From Promethearchaeota archaeon Loki_b31 (lineage in GTDB: Archaea > Asgardarchaeota > Lokiarchaeia > Sigyniarchaeales > SOKP01): a stretch of 64,000 bases of DNA. This document shows, one piece after another, positions 49,755 through 60,135 of this stretch; position 1 is the first letter of the stretch; every line of letters starts with the position of its first letter. The notes under the pieces were generated by a model. It did not search any database. It was not told the origin of the DNA and was given only the letters and a program-made list of their open reading frames with translations. The stretch spans positions 20,449-84,448 of the forward strand of contig NJBI01000009.1 of assembly GCA_005222975.1 (NCBI GenBank), given 5' to 3'. The position numbers were made by a program, and so were the translations under genes.

Positions 49755-50251
49755 GCGAAGAATTTCGATCACATGAAATCAGGGATAAAATTCTAATAGA
49801 ATATAAGTATACTATGGGCGGGCAATCAAAATTCTTCATAGAATTAATGAATAATAAAAAGATATTAGGAACAAAATGTAAGAAGTGTGGTAAAGTATGG
49901 ATGCCTCCAAGAATTAACTGCTCAGAATGCTACGAAGATACCGATTGGATTGAGCTCCCCCACGCAGGTACGATTCAAATTAGTACGATAGTGTGGTATG
50001 GGGCTGCTGAGTTTATTCAAAATGTTCCCTACGGTTGTGCCTTTATTAAATTAGATGAAGCAGATACAGCATTGTTTCAAGGTGTATTTTCAGAAAATTT
50101 AGTACCTTCAAAAATTAAGAAAGGACAACGAGTTAAAGCAGTGTTTAAAAGAAGGGAGGATCGAGAAGGAAGAATGACAGATTTCTTCTTTGTTCCCGAA
50201 GATGAGTGGGAAAGATGGATTAATAAACCAGAATTTGAAGGTGGTGAGTAA
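49751..50251 (+). CDS. DUF35 Zn-ribbon/OB-fold protein (thiolase partner)
   Basis: GTKCKKCG...PPR..CSEC, then OB fold; overlaps the thiolase stop (ATGA). Confidence 0.9.
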   Translation: MSEEFRSHEIRDKILIEYKYTMGGQSKFFIELMNNKKILGTKCKKCGKVWMPPRINCSECYEDTDWIELPHAGTIQISTIVWYGAAEFIQNVPYGCAFIKLDEADTALFQGVFSENLVPSKIKKGQRVKAVFKRREDREGRMTDFFFVPEDEWERWINKPEFEGGE

Positions 50252-50253
50252 AA

Positions 50254-50625
50254 TTGGGTATTGCAAGTGAAAGTTTAAGTAAAATTGTTGAAAATATGAG
50301 CGGGAACGCAAAAGTTGAAGCTGTTTTTGTAACTAATATTGGTGGTAAAGAAGTTGATTGGGATATGATTTTCCAATTTAACTTGGATAACGAGGACTCT
50401 TTTTATCTTAAAGTAAAGGGAAGAAAGGCTGAACTGATTAATGGAACCGCTTCAGATCCTAACATAATTATGACGGGAGATAATAACGCAATTGTAAAAA
50501 TCTGCAATGGTAAGGGGGATTTCACTCATGCGATTAGTAGAGAAGAAATAAAAGTTACAAAAGGAAAAATCATTGATGTAATACGCCTAACTCGAGCAAT
50601 AACCCTTGTTTTGAAAACTAAATAA
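50254..50625 (+). CDS. SCP2 sterol/lipid-binding domain protein
   Basis: FQFNLD...FYLKV...G....PNII...IKV.KG pattern; operonic with thiolase and DUF35. Confidence 0.75.
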   Translation: MGIASESLSKIVENMSGNAKVEAVFVTNIGGKEVDWDMIFQFNLDNEDSFYLKVKGRKAELINGTASDPNIIMTGDNNAIVKICNGKGDFTHAISREEIKVTKGKIIDVIRLTRAITLVLKTK

Positions 50626-50803
50626 TTTTTTTTTTCTTATATAATTTTAATTTAATTACCATTCTAAGTTTAAATGTTGATATTATTAGGCTAGAAATGA
50701 AAATCTTTATAAGCTTACTAATAACATTTATCTTCTGTATCACTTAATCTAAAATACAACACTAAACAAAGTTTAAAATAAAAATAAAAAAGTTGATTAT
50801 TAA

Positions 50804-51586
50804 ATGAAAAGAGAAATTGCTGTAGTAGGAATAATAGCTGGTCTTGTATTGGGATTCGGTCTTGGATGGTTTATCCCTTCACTTCTAGTAGAAAGACCTA
50901 GTGGATCATTACTCTCTCAGATTAAGGCACGAGGTTCAATTATTATAGGGACTAGTTCTGATTGGCCACCCTTCGAGATATATAATGTTACTACTGAACA
51001 ATACGAAGGTTTCGATATCGATCTATGTAATTTAATTGCTGCGGAACTCGGCGTTACTATTGAGTGGTCAGACATGTCCTTTGGTGCTCTGATTGATTCT
51101 TGTCTTACAGGCTTGATTGATATGATTGCGGCCGCAATGTTCGTCACACCTTCACGTGCACAACAACTCGCATTCTCTGTCGGGTATATTCGAACAAATA
51201 TGGTTTGTGTAGTCTTGGAAAATTCAACAATAACTGTGGATAGTTATACGGATCTTTTGGGTTATGAGGTCGACGTCCTAACGGGTTCTGCTGAAATGTG
51301 GGAGTTAGATGACGCAGGTATACCTTATAATGATTACCCTAAAGCTGATGTCATGGCCACAAACCTTGTTGCTAATATTTCCCAAGTAGCTTTCGTAGAC
51401 GAACCAGTCTTTAACATTTGGGCGAAAATTTACGACTTCAAAGTTGTTTATACTGTGCTTGCTGAACCTTGCGCGCTCTTTACCCGTTGGGGGGAACCTG
51501 AACTGATGGCGGTGATAAATGATGTTATTCTTAAAGCCTATACAGATGGAACCCTTGATACCCTCATCGATAAGTGGTTTATGTGA
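50804..51586 (+). CDS. polar amino-acid ABC transporter substrate-binding protein
   Basis: GTSSDWPPFE, GFDIDL, DGTLDTLIDKWF. Confidence 0.9.
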   Translation: MKREIAVVGIIAGLVLGFGLGWFIPSLLVERPSGSLLSQIKARGSIIIGTSSDWPPFEIYNVTTEQYEGFDIDLCNLIAAELGVTIEWSDMSFGALIDSCLTGLIDMIAAAMFVTPSRAQQLAFSVGYIRTNMVCVVLENSTITVDSYTDLLGYEVDVLTGSAEMWELDDAGIPYNDYPKADVMATNLVANISQVAFVDEPVFNIWAKIYDFKVVYTVLAEPCALFTRWGEPELMAVINDVILKAYTDGTLDTLIDKWFM

Positions 51587-51837
51587 AAGAGATTCCAAAC
51601 CCCTTTTACCACTTATTTTTCATTATTATGAAAAGATTGCCTACAACGCTGTTGTTCACTGATTTAGGTTTATTGGGACATTTCATGCAGTGTGTATCCC
51701 AAACCAAATCTTTTTTTTTTATATTAAAATTCAAAAACCTTAGAATAAAACACTATATTTTCTAAAATTTCATCCAAGTTTTTGATTATAAATCTTAAGT
51801 TATAACCCAAAAATTATAAAAAATCTTCCATTATTAG

Positions 51838-52956
51838 ATGAAAACCATGTTGTTTCAAGTAGAATCAGAATTTACAGGTTTAGTTATAGGAATTGTCATA
51901 GCAATAACCGTTTCCATTACCGTCTTCATAATCGGGATGTATACTATGAGATGGTACGCCAAGAAAAAGAGGTGGGACGATTCTATAAAGACTGCTTTTA
52001 GAGTCAATATCGTATTACTTATACTAAATATTCCGATTAATCTTCTATTTTATTTCCGGTTTGGTGATAATTTTATTACTGACGTAATTAGTTTAGTAAT
52101 TAACATTATTATTGGGGTTATGACTGTTATGATACTTTATAAAAAGAAATTCTGGGATTCATTTCTGTTTGTTTTCGTCATTCAACTCATTCTTTTTCCA
52201 ATAACTCTCATATTAAATTTCATTATAGGATTCATTTTATTCTTAATAGTTTTTCCAGACATAACTTTTAATACTATTTTCATTATATGGGATATTTTTT
52301 CGCTTATTATTATGAATGGATTGGCTATAACATTGCTGTTAACTGCCTTAGGTCTATTGGGGGGTTTTGTATTGGGTTTATCGCTTGCACTCATGCGAGT
52401 CTATGGTGGTAAAGAACTTGTTTGGTTAGCAAGTGGCTACGAGAAGTTATTTCGTGGTATTCCAATTCTAATCCTGATTTTTATCTTCGCTTTCGGAATT
52501 CCGGACTTATTTTGGTATATACCTCACCCTCTTAATAGAATCCAAGCTAGTGTAATGTTGGCACTTGCTCTTCGTAGTGGTGCTTACCAATCTCAGATTT
52601 TTCGCGGAGCTATTTTATCCGTTAATTTAGGGCAAATGGAGGCTGCTCGTGCGTTAGGAATGAGTCGGATCCGAGCTCTCCGACACGTTTTATTACCCCA
52701 AGCCTTACGGTTAGCAGTACCAGGTTGGTCCAATGAGTATGCAGTGGTTATTAAGGATACATCTTTTGCCTTTGAGGTTGGTATTATTGAGATGACCAAA
52801 TGGGCTTATCGGTATGGAACAAACTATCCAGAACTATGGACTTTATCAATGGGAGTTCTCGCAATCACTTACTTTCTTTTTACTTTTCCTGTGACGAAGT
52901 TATTTGGCGAACGACAAATCAAAAAACTAAAAGAGTTAGGTATTGGAGGTGGTTAG
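51838..52956 (+). CDS. amino-acid ABC permease with extra N-terminal membrane domain
   Basis: FRGIP, SGAYQSQIFRG, GQMEAARALGM, LPQA, IKDTS. Confidence 0.88.
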   Translation: MKTMLFQVESEFTGLVIGIVIAITVSITVFIIGMYTMRWYAKKKRWDDSIKTAFRVNIVLLILNIPINLLFYFRFGDNFITDVISLVINIIIGVMTVMILYKKKFWDSFLFVFVIQLILFPITLILNFIIGFILFLIVFPDITFNTIFIIWDIFSLIIMNGLAITLLLTALGLLGGFVLGLSLALMRVYGGKELVWLASGYEKLFRGIPILILIFIFAFGIPDLFWYIPHPLNRIQASVMLALALRSGAYQSQIFRGAILSVNLGQMEAARALGMSRIRALRHVLLPQALRLAVPGWSNEYAVVIKDTSFAFEVGIIEMTKWAYRYGTNYPELWTLSMGVLAITYFLFTFPVTKLFGERQIKKLKELGIGGG

Positions 52957-52970
52957 ATATAGGTGAACCT

Positions 52971-53750
52971 GTGCTAGAGTTAATTAATGTATGGAAGTCA
53001 TATAAAGATTTACAAGTCCTTAAGGGTATATCATTCAAGGTATTTGAGCGAGAAGTTAAAGTTATCTTTGGACCGAGTGGTTCTGGCAAAAGTACACTAC
53101 TTCGGTGTATCAATATGTTAAACCCACCAGACGAAGGTGAAATATACCTTAGGGGAAAGAATCTTAATGCACCTGAAACCAATCTTAATGCTATGCGGGC
53201 AAAAATCGGCATGGTTTTCCAACACTTTAACCTTTTTGCACATCTCAAAGCAATAGATAATGTTAGTCTTGGTCTTCGCCGGGTTAAAGGTTTTTCAAAA
53301 GAAGAAGCTCGTGTAAAGGCACTTGAAACTCTAGATCGTGTGAAGATGACAAAATGGGCTGATAACTATCCTGCGCAATTATCTGGAGGGCAACAACAAC
53401 GTGTGGGCATTGCCCGTGCCTTGGCTATGGAACCAGATGTAATTTTATTTGATGAGCCCACCTCAGCCTTGGATCCTGAATTAATCGGTGATGTGCTTCA
53501 AGTTATGTTAGATATTGCCAAATCAGGCACTACGATGATAGTAGTCACTCACGAAATGGGATTTGCTAGGGCTGTTGCATCAGAAATGATCTTCCTCGGT
53601 GAGGGTACCCTATTAGAACGCGGAACCCCCCAACATTTCTTTACTTCACCCAAATCCGAGCGTGTAAAAAAATTTCTGGAACAACTTGATATTTTGTATG
53701 GTGGGCATGATAAGCTTTTAAACCTCTCAAATGGTGAGGAAAACAAGTGA
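52971..53750 (+). CDS. amino-acid ABC transporter ATP-binding protein (GlnQ-like)
   Basis: GPSGSGKS, LSGGQQQR, FDEPTSALDPE; start uncertain (GTG at 52971). Confidence 0.9.
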   Translation: MLELINVWKSYKDLQVLKGISFKVFEREVKVIFGPSGSGKSTLLRCINMLNPPDEGEIYLRGKNLNAPETNLNAMRAKIGMVFQHFNLFAHLKAIDNVSLGLRRVKGFSKEEARVKALETLDRVKMTKWADNYPAQLSGGQQQRVGIARALAMEPDVILFDEPTSALDPELIGDVLQVMLDIAKSGTTMIVVTHEMGFARAVASEMIFLGEGTLLERGTPQHFFTSPKSERVKKFLEQLDILYGGHDKLLNLSNGEENK

Positions 53751-54505
53751 TATTTCAAGTTCGGCCCAACCCGATAGAAGAACTTCTTAATGTACTGGGA
53801 TTTTGGGATCATCTTTTATCTGGTTTCATCATAATGATATGGCTATATGGATTGGCACTTGTGATAGGCTTTTTTCTAGGTCTTATACTTTCCATTCTCC
53901 GCCAATACGGTGGACAGATTTTTTCACGGGTTGCAACGGGATATATCGAAATTATACGTGGTACACCATTGCTTGCGCAGTTATTACTCTTATTTTATTT
54001 ACCAACTAGTTTAGGTATTCCTATAACGGCATGGAAACTTGAGGTTAGCTTAACACTTTTAGACAAAGATATAACACTTACCCTCCTTAATCAAGCTATC
54101 CTCGTCGGTATCATCGTGTTAGGTCTTAATAGTGCGGCCTATCAAGCAGAATACTTCCGTGGAGCTATTTTATCTGTTGGAGAGGGACAGATAATAGCTG
54201 CCCAATCACTTGGTATGTCTCGTTTAAGTGGAATCTATTATGTTGTGTTACCACAGGCTCTGCGTCGTGTTATCCCTTCGTGGTCTAATGAAGCGGCTTA
54301 TCTTCCGAAATATACCGTAGTAGTCTATTTCATCGGAGTAAAAGAACTTTTTCGTGAGGCATACTATATCATGACGCATCCATATATCTCAGCGAATCCA
54401 CTCACTATATACATTGTTATTGCACTCATCTTTCTAGTTATGATCTCACTCATATCCAAGGGATTGGATACCCTCCACAAACGAACAGGGATCCCTGGTT
54501 TGTAA
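53747..54505 (+). CDS. amino-acid ABC permease
   Basis: IRGTPLL, SAAYQAEYFRG, LPQALRR. Confidence 0.9.
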   Translation: MIFQVRPNPIEELLNVLGFWDHLLSGFIIMIWLYGLALVIGFFLGLILSILRQYGGQIFSRVATGYIEIIRGTPLLAQLLLLFYLPTSLGIPITAWKLEVSLTLLDKDITLTLLNQAILVGIIVLGLNSAAYQAEYFRGAILSVGEGQIIAAQSLGMSRLSGIYYVVLPQALRRVIPSWSNEAAYLPKYTVVVYFIGVKELFREAYYIMTHPYISANPLTIYIVIALIFLVMISLISKGLDTLHKRTGIPGL

Positions 54506-54605
54506 CCTGTCCAAATATAGAAATTTTTTTTTAATTAAAGAATTTTCATTTTTCAAACTATATATGATTTAATGTTACAATTTTAAGAAGATATTTTTAA
54601 TTATT

Positions 54606-55654
54606 ATGAAAATTGTAGATTTACGATCTGATACGGTTACCAAATCATCTCCTGAAATGTGGGAATATGTGAAGTCAATGGGTAATTCTGACCTAGGAGA
54701 TGATGTGATGGGGGAATATCCAACTGTGAATGAATTAGAGGAAAAAGCTGCTAAATTTATCGGAAAAGAAGCTGCACTTTTTATAACTTCAGGGACGCAG
54801 GGTAATTTAGTCTCACTTCTTTCACAAACTAAACCTGGAGTCGAAATTCTTTTAGAAGAACTAAGTCATATTTTTTTAAATGAAGTAGGGAGCGCGGTAC
54901 GAATAGGAGGTTTAATGATTAGGACATATCCTTTAGAGAGAGGGGTTCCATCATTTGAATATCTTCAATCTTTAATTCGAGATAAAGAAGAAATACATGA
55001 GCCACCGTCCACGCTATTATGTACCGAGAACACTCATAATTACCATGGAGGTGCAATAGTTGAACTTGATGCTTTAAAGAAAATGAGGGATTTTACTTTT
55101 AAAAATGAATTAAAATTTCATTTAGATGGAGAAAGAATTTTTAAAGCAGCAGTCGGATTGAATGTGCATGTAACTGAAATTACTAAACTTGCCGATAGTG
55201 TAATGTTTTATCTGTCTAAAGGGCTCTCGTGTCCTGTAGGATCAATTGTAGCTGGCTCTAAAGAATTTATTTCGAGAACTAGAAGATTTCGAAAAATGTT
55301 GGTGGAGGAATGCGTCAGGCGGGAATTATAGCTGCTTTTGGCCTTCTTGCGTTAGAACCTAAATGGATAAAAAGACTTGATGAGGATCATAAAAATGCTA
55401 AAAAACTTGCTCAAGGATTAAAAAGCTTCAACTTACCAATAAAAGTACATCCAACTGATACTAATATTGTAATAATTGAAATGTCGGAAAAAGTAAGAAT
55501 TATTAAGATTATTACAACACTCAATAAAGCTGGGATATTAGCTTTTAATATCAGTAAAGAAAAGATTAGGTTTGTTACTCATTATGGAATCACCGAAGAC
55601 GATATTAACTACAGTACAGAACAGATAGGGATCGTATTAAAAAAATTTCTATAA
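54606..55654 (+). pseudogene. ltaE: low-specificity L-threonine aldolase, frameshifted near 55301
   Basis: DLRSDTVT, SGTQGN, ENTHN, SKGL; RKMLGGGMRQAG is broken by a 1-nt deletion; several consensus residues also changed. Confidence 0.75.
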
Positions 55655-55862
55655 TTTATAGAATTTTAAAATTCAAGTTTTTTATCAAATTCGTTTCTAA
55701 ACCTATATTTTTTGTTTAAAATTGATATTATTCTATCTTCAATATAAAGAAATTGATTAGTTTATCATTAAAAAAATATCAACTTTTAAAAATAAATGAA
55801 GCAAAGTAATTAATTAACAAATTCAATAATAATAAAAAAAAATAAAAAAGAAGTAAATTTAA

Positions 55863-57572
55863 ATGAGTAAAGAAAAATTTTGGTTAAAATCTTATGATTC
55901 TCATGTTCCGCCAACCCTAACCTATCCAACAGAAGATCTTGGAACTGTATTAACTGATTCGATGAAGAAATATTCAGAAAATGTCGGCTTTTATTTCATG
56001 GAGCGCACATTCCTTTTTAAAGAAATATTAGAATATTCTCAGAAATTCGCAACATTTTTACAAAAGAATGGTTTGGAAAAAGGTGATATAGTAGCAATTT
56101 GTCTTCCAAATTGTCCTCAATACCTATTTTCTGCTTATGGTACATATATAGCGGGAGGCACCGTTTCTGGTTGCTCTCCCCTCTTAAGTCCTAACGAATT
56201 AGCATATCAATTGGAAGATTGTGGCGCAAAATTTGTAATTACCATGGATATCGTTTATGAAAAAGTCTTTTCGCAATTTCTAGATAATTTACCGAAACTT
56301 AAGGTTATTGTTCCTACGAATATTTCTGAATTTATGGGACTCCCTGGAATTAAGGTGCTATTGGGTAAATTAATTGGCAAGATACCAAAAGGAAAAATGA
56401 AACCATGGCCAAACAAAACAGTAGTCCCTTTCTTAGACGCTGTAGACACTGATATTGATATAAAAAAAGTGGATATCGATCCAAAAAAGGATTTAGCATT
56501 ATTACAATATACTGGAGGAACTACTGGACTTCCTAAAGGGACGGAAATTGTTCACTCAAACTTAGTATCAAACTTACATCAATTCGATACATGGCTCAAT
56601 AGAGAGAAGGGAAAAGAAATTCTTATTTCAGGATTTCCATTCTTTCACATAGCTGGATTTTTAATAGGATTATTTTTAAATTATATAGGAGGTGCGCAAA
56701 TTTTAATTGCAAATCCAAGAGATACCGATCATATAATTGATGAAATGATCGACAAGAAACCCACTAGCTTTGGAAACGTCCCAACTCTGTTTTTAATGAT
56801 TCAAAATAATCCAAAATCGCATAAAATTCCAGCAGAAGTATTAGATAACATTTCGTTGTATGTAAGTGGTGCTGCCCCTTTTCCTCCAGAAGCAATAAGA
56901 GAATTTGAAAAACAATTCCATACGGAGAATAAGTTTGTTGAATTGTATGGAATGACCGAAACAGCAGTTGTTGTTACCGCAAATCCCATTTATGGAGAAA
57001 AGAAGATTGGATCCGTAGGTTTACCCTTCCCTGATACAGATATTAAACTTATTGATGTAGAAACTGGCAAAGAAATGGGAATTGGGGAGCCTGGTGAGAT
57101 ATTAATCAAAGGTCCACAAGTAGTTAAGCAATATCATAATAAACCTGAAGCAACAGCAAAAACGTTTGATAAAGATGGGTACGTACATACTGGTGATGTA
57201 GGCGTTTTTGACGAAGATGGATACTTAAAAATCGTTGATCGTACTAAAGATATGTTAATTGTTAGTGGTTTTAAAGTGTATAGCGTTCACATCGAAGAAA
57301 TAATGACTAAGCATCCTGATATTGCATTACTCGCAATTATCGGTGTTCCAAACCCAGATAGGCCTGGAGCTGAAATTGTTAAGGCAGTTATTCAATTAAA
57401 AGAGGGTATTGCTGAAACTGAAGAGGTTAAAGAAAGTATAAAGCAGTTCGCAGAGAAAAATCTTTCTAAATACGAGGTTCCAAAGATTTGGGAGTTCCGC
57501 GAAGAACTTCCATTGACAATGGTAGGAAAAATATTGAAAAAAGCGCTTCGAGAAGAAGGAAAATCTGAATAA
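55863..57572 (+). CDS. long-chain fatty-acid-CoA ligase
   Basis: YTGGTTGLPKG, YGMTE, TGDVG, DRTKDM. Confidence 0.92.
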   Translation: MSKEKFWLKSYDSHVPPTLTYPTEDLGTVLTDSMKKYSENVGFYFMERTFLFKEILEYSQKFATFLQKNGLEKGDIVAICLPNCPQYLFSAYGTYIAGGTVSGCSPLLSPNELAYQLEDCGAKFVITMDIVYEKVFSQFLDNLPKLKVIVPTNISEFMGLPGIKVLLGKLIGKIPKGKMKPWPNKTVVPFLDAVDTDIDIKKVDIDPKKDLALLQYTGGTTGLPKGTEIVHSNLVSNLHQFDTWLNREKGKEILISGFPFFHIAGFLIGLFLNYIGGAQILIANPRDTDHIIDEMIDKKPTSFGNVPTLFLMIQNNPKSHKIPAEVLDNISLYVSGAAPFPPEAIREFEKQFHTENKFVELYGMTETAVVVTANPIYGEKKIGSVGLPFPDTDIKLIDVETGKEMGIGEPGEILIKGPQVVKQYHNKPEATAKTFDKDGYVHTGDVGVFDEDGYLKIVDRTKDMLIVSGFKVYSVHIEEIMTKHPDIALLAIIGVPNPDRPGAEIVKAVIQLKEGIAETEEVKESIKQFAEKNLSKYEVPKIWEFREELPLTMVGKILKKALREEGKSE

Positions 57573-57692
57573 TACGATTTAACAGAAAAAGCTAAAATAA
57601 TCTTTTTTTTTTATTTATTTACTAACTAGCTTAAAATATAAATAGACGAAAATTTATTATAAATCAATAACAAAAAGACTCTAGAACTAAAA

Positions 57693-58514
57693 ATGAAAAT
57701 AGAAGATTTTGAAGACATTCTGTATGAGAAGGAAGAAAACGGTATTTGTACAATCACGATAAATAGACCAGAAAGAAGAAACGCAGTGTCTTACGTGTCT
57801 TTTTTAGAAATTTATACAGTTTTAGAAGATATGGAAAAAGACAATAGTGCTAAAGTTTTAATAATTACTGGAAACCCAGAAGGAAACGCATTTTCTTCTG
57901 GAGGTTATTTCGAACCTAAATTCTTTGAAAAAGTCCAAAAAGAGATTAGAGCAGATATAGATTTGATGGACATTGCCCAAAAGAAATTATGTATGGCACT
58001 TTGGAAATTCTCTAAACCTGTTATTGCCGCGATAAACGGATTGGCTATAGGTGGTGCTATTACAATGCCTTTATCGGGAGCTGATCTAATTTATATGGCC
58101 GAAGATGCGTGGTTAGGATTTTATTTTTCCAAAAGAGCAATAATCCCCGAGTTTGGTTCCACTTTTATGTTACCATTTTTAGTTGGTTTTCAAAAAGCAA
58201 ATGAGATTTGTTATTTTGGCGATAAAATTACCGCTCAAAAGGCTTATGAACTTGGTTTTGTAAATAAAGTCTTACCAAACGAAGAATTAATACCTTATGC
58301 TAGAGAACAAGCACTTAAATTGATACCGCCTAAGGGGCCATATTTGTCAATTAAGTTAATGAAAAAAACCATGCACGCTTACTTTATTGATATCTTAGAT
58401 AAAACATTGGATCTAGAAAATAAGGGATTAAAGAAAGTATTTAGAACAAAGGATTTCAACGAATCGATGAATTCATTAAAGGAAAAAAGAGATCCCGTTT
58501 TTATTGGGCGATAA
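57693..58514 (+). CDS. enoyl-CoA hydratase/isomerase family
   Basis: NRPERRNA, KPVIAAINGLAIGG, IPEFG. Confidence 0.9.
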   Translation: MKIEDFEDILYEKEENGICTITINRPERRNAVSYVSFLEIYTVLEDMEKDNSAKVLIITGNPEGNAFSSGGYFEPKFFEKVQKEIRADIDLMDIAQKKLCMALWKFSKPVIAAINGLAIGGAITMPLSGADLIYMAEDAWLGFYFSKRAIIPEFGSTFMLPFLVGFQKANEICYFGDKITAQKAYELGFVNKVLPNEELIPYAREQALKLIPPKGPYLSIKLMKKTMHAYFIDILDKTLDLENKGLKKVFRTKDFNESMNSLKEKRDPVFIGR

Positions 58515-58578
58515 TACAAGGACTATCTTTTTATTGTAAAAACATATCTTTAAAAATTATTCAAATGAATATTTTTTT

Positions 58579-60132
58579 ATGAATAACAATAATTATGATG
58601 AAAGCAGAGTAATTTCTAAATACCCCGTTATAGTAATTGGAGCTGGACTTGGCGGACTTGGTGCTGCATGTCAACTTGTTCTCAGAGGAGAAAAAGTATT
58701 ATTACTTGAGAAACACAATGTGCCTGGAGGATTTGCTACTTCTTTTGTTAGAGGGCGGTTTGAATTTGAGGGCGCATTGCACGAGTTAAGTGATATTGGA
58801 ACGAAAAATAATAGAGGCAGTCTTTATCGATTCTTGGAAAAATTAGGTATAGTTCCAAATAAACTAGAATTTATTCAAGTTCCCGAGTTTTATCGAAGCG
58901 TGTTTAGCGATGGTTACGATGTAACACTTCCACTTGGGATGGAAGAGTATACTAACAAATTAATTGAATTATTTCCTTCTGAAAAACGAGGGATCGAAGA
59001 ATTTATAGAAATGTGCAAAGCTGTTTTGGCTGGTATTCTATTTATTGCTTCTAAAGGTGGAAAATTTTCACCACAAGACATGCTTAAAGAACACCCATGG
59101 ATTCCGCGAATTTCAGGCCTTACATTATCAGAATTATACAAGAAATTTTTTAAAGATGAGAAATTGATGGCTGTAATCTCTCAACTATGGGGATACATTG
59201 GATTACCGCCAAGCAGAATAAATGCCTATACTTATATTGCGATGCTCATATTTTATTTAAATTGGGGCGCTGCTTTTCCAATTGGAAGATCACATTCTTT
59301 AACAACTTCAATGGTACAAGCATTTGAAGAACTCGGTGGTGAAATAAGATATAACGCGTTGGTTGATCGTATTCTCGTGGAAAATGGAAGAGTTAGCGGA
59401 GTAAAACTCCTTAACGGAAGCGTTTATCTTTGTAAAGCAGTTATTTCTAACGTTAATCCAATATGTACAACCATGAAAATGCTTCCTCAAGATGTAGTGC
59501 CAGATAGTTATAAGAAAATGATTTATGCTCCAGAAATTGGTCCATCTGGTTTTTCTGTTTACATTGGATTAAGTGCCTCTTATAAAGATTTAGGATTTAC
59601 GGCTCATGAAACATTTATTAACGATTTATACGATACAAATAAAGCGTTCGAGAATTTCAAAAAATTGGAACCACCAAAATACATGGTCGCTGCTTGTTAT
59701 AATCACATTTACGAAGATATTTCTCCTCCAGGAACAACTCAATTAGTTTTAACTACTTTACAGATGGGTAAACTTTGGCAAAGCATCGCACCTGATCAAT
59801 ATTTCCGCTTAAAGGATAAGATCGCGGATGGAATGGTATCATTGATCGAAAATACTATTTGTCCTGAAATTCGCGATTATATCGAAGTAGCTGTAGCTGC
59901 AACGCCTTTGACATATTACCGTTATTCTAAAAACCTAGAGGGCGCTATCTATGGAACCACTCAAGATGTTACAAATGGCCCTTTACTTCGATTAAAAAGT
60001 AGAGGTGCAATTCCAGGTTTATATCAAGTAGGTGCATGGACTAATTTTGGTGGTGGATTTTCGACTACTATCTTAAGTGGGAGGATAGGAGCAGGGATAT
60101 ATTTAGGCGATAAAATTAAAGGGAGGATCTAA
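58579..60132 (+). CDS. phytoene desaturase / retinol saturase-like FAD oxidoreductase
   Basis: GAGLGGL, LEKHNVPGG, ATPLT..RY, GAIYG, GLYQVG. Confidence 0.85.
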   Translation: MNNNNYDESRVISKYPVIVIGAGLGGLGAACQLVLRGEKVLLLEKHNVPGGFATSFVRGRFEFEGALHELSDIGTKNNRGSLYRFLEKLGIVPNKLEFIQVPEFYRSVFSDGYDVTLPLGMEEYTNKLIELFPSEKRGIEEFIEMCKAVLAGILFIASKGGKFSPQDMLKEHPWIPRISGLTLSELYKKFFKDEKLMAVISQLWGYIGLPPSRINAYTYIAMLIFYLNWGAAFPIGRSHSLTTSMVQAFEELGGEIRYNALVDRILVENGRVSGVKLLNGSVYLCKAVISNVNPICTTMKMLPQDVVPDSYKKMIYAPEIGPSGFSVYIGLSASYKDLGFTAHETFINDLYDTNKAFENFKKLEPPKYMVAACYNHIYEDISPPGTTQLVLTTLQMGKLWQSIAPDQYFRLKDKIADGMVSLIENTICPEIRDYIEVAVAATPLTYYRYSKNLEGAIYGTTQDVTNGPLLRLKSRGAIPGLYQVGAWTNFGGGFSTTILSGRIGAGIYLGDKIKGRI

Positions 60133-60135
60133 AAA

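Noticed and set aside
52800-52970. Long N-terminal extension of the ABC ATPase
   Set aside because: It overlaps the permease 3' end in another frame; the real start is probably near 52971.
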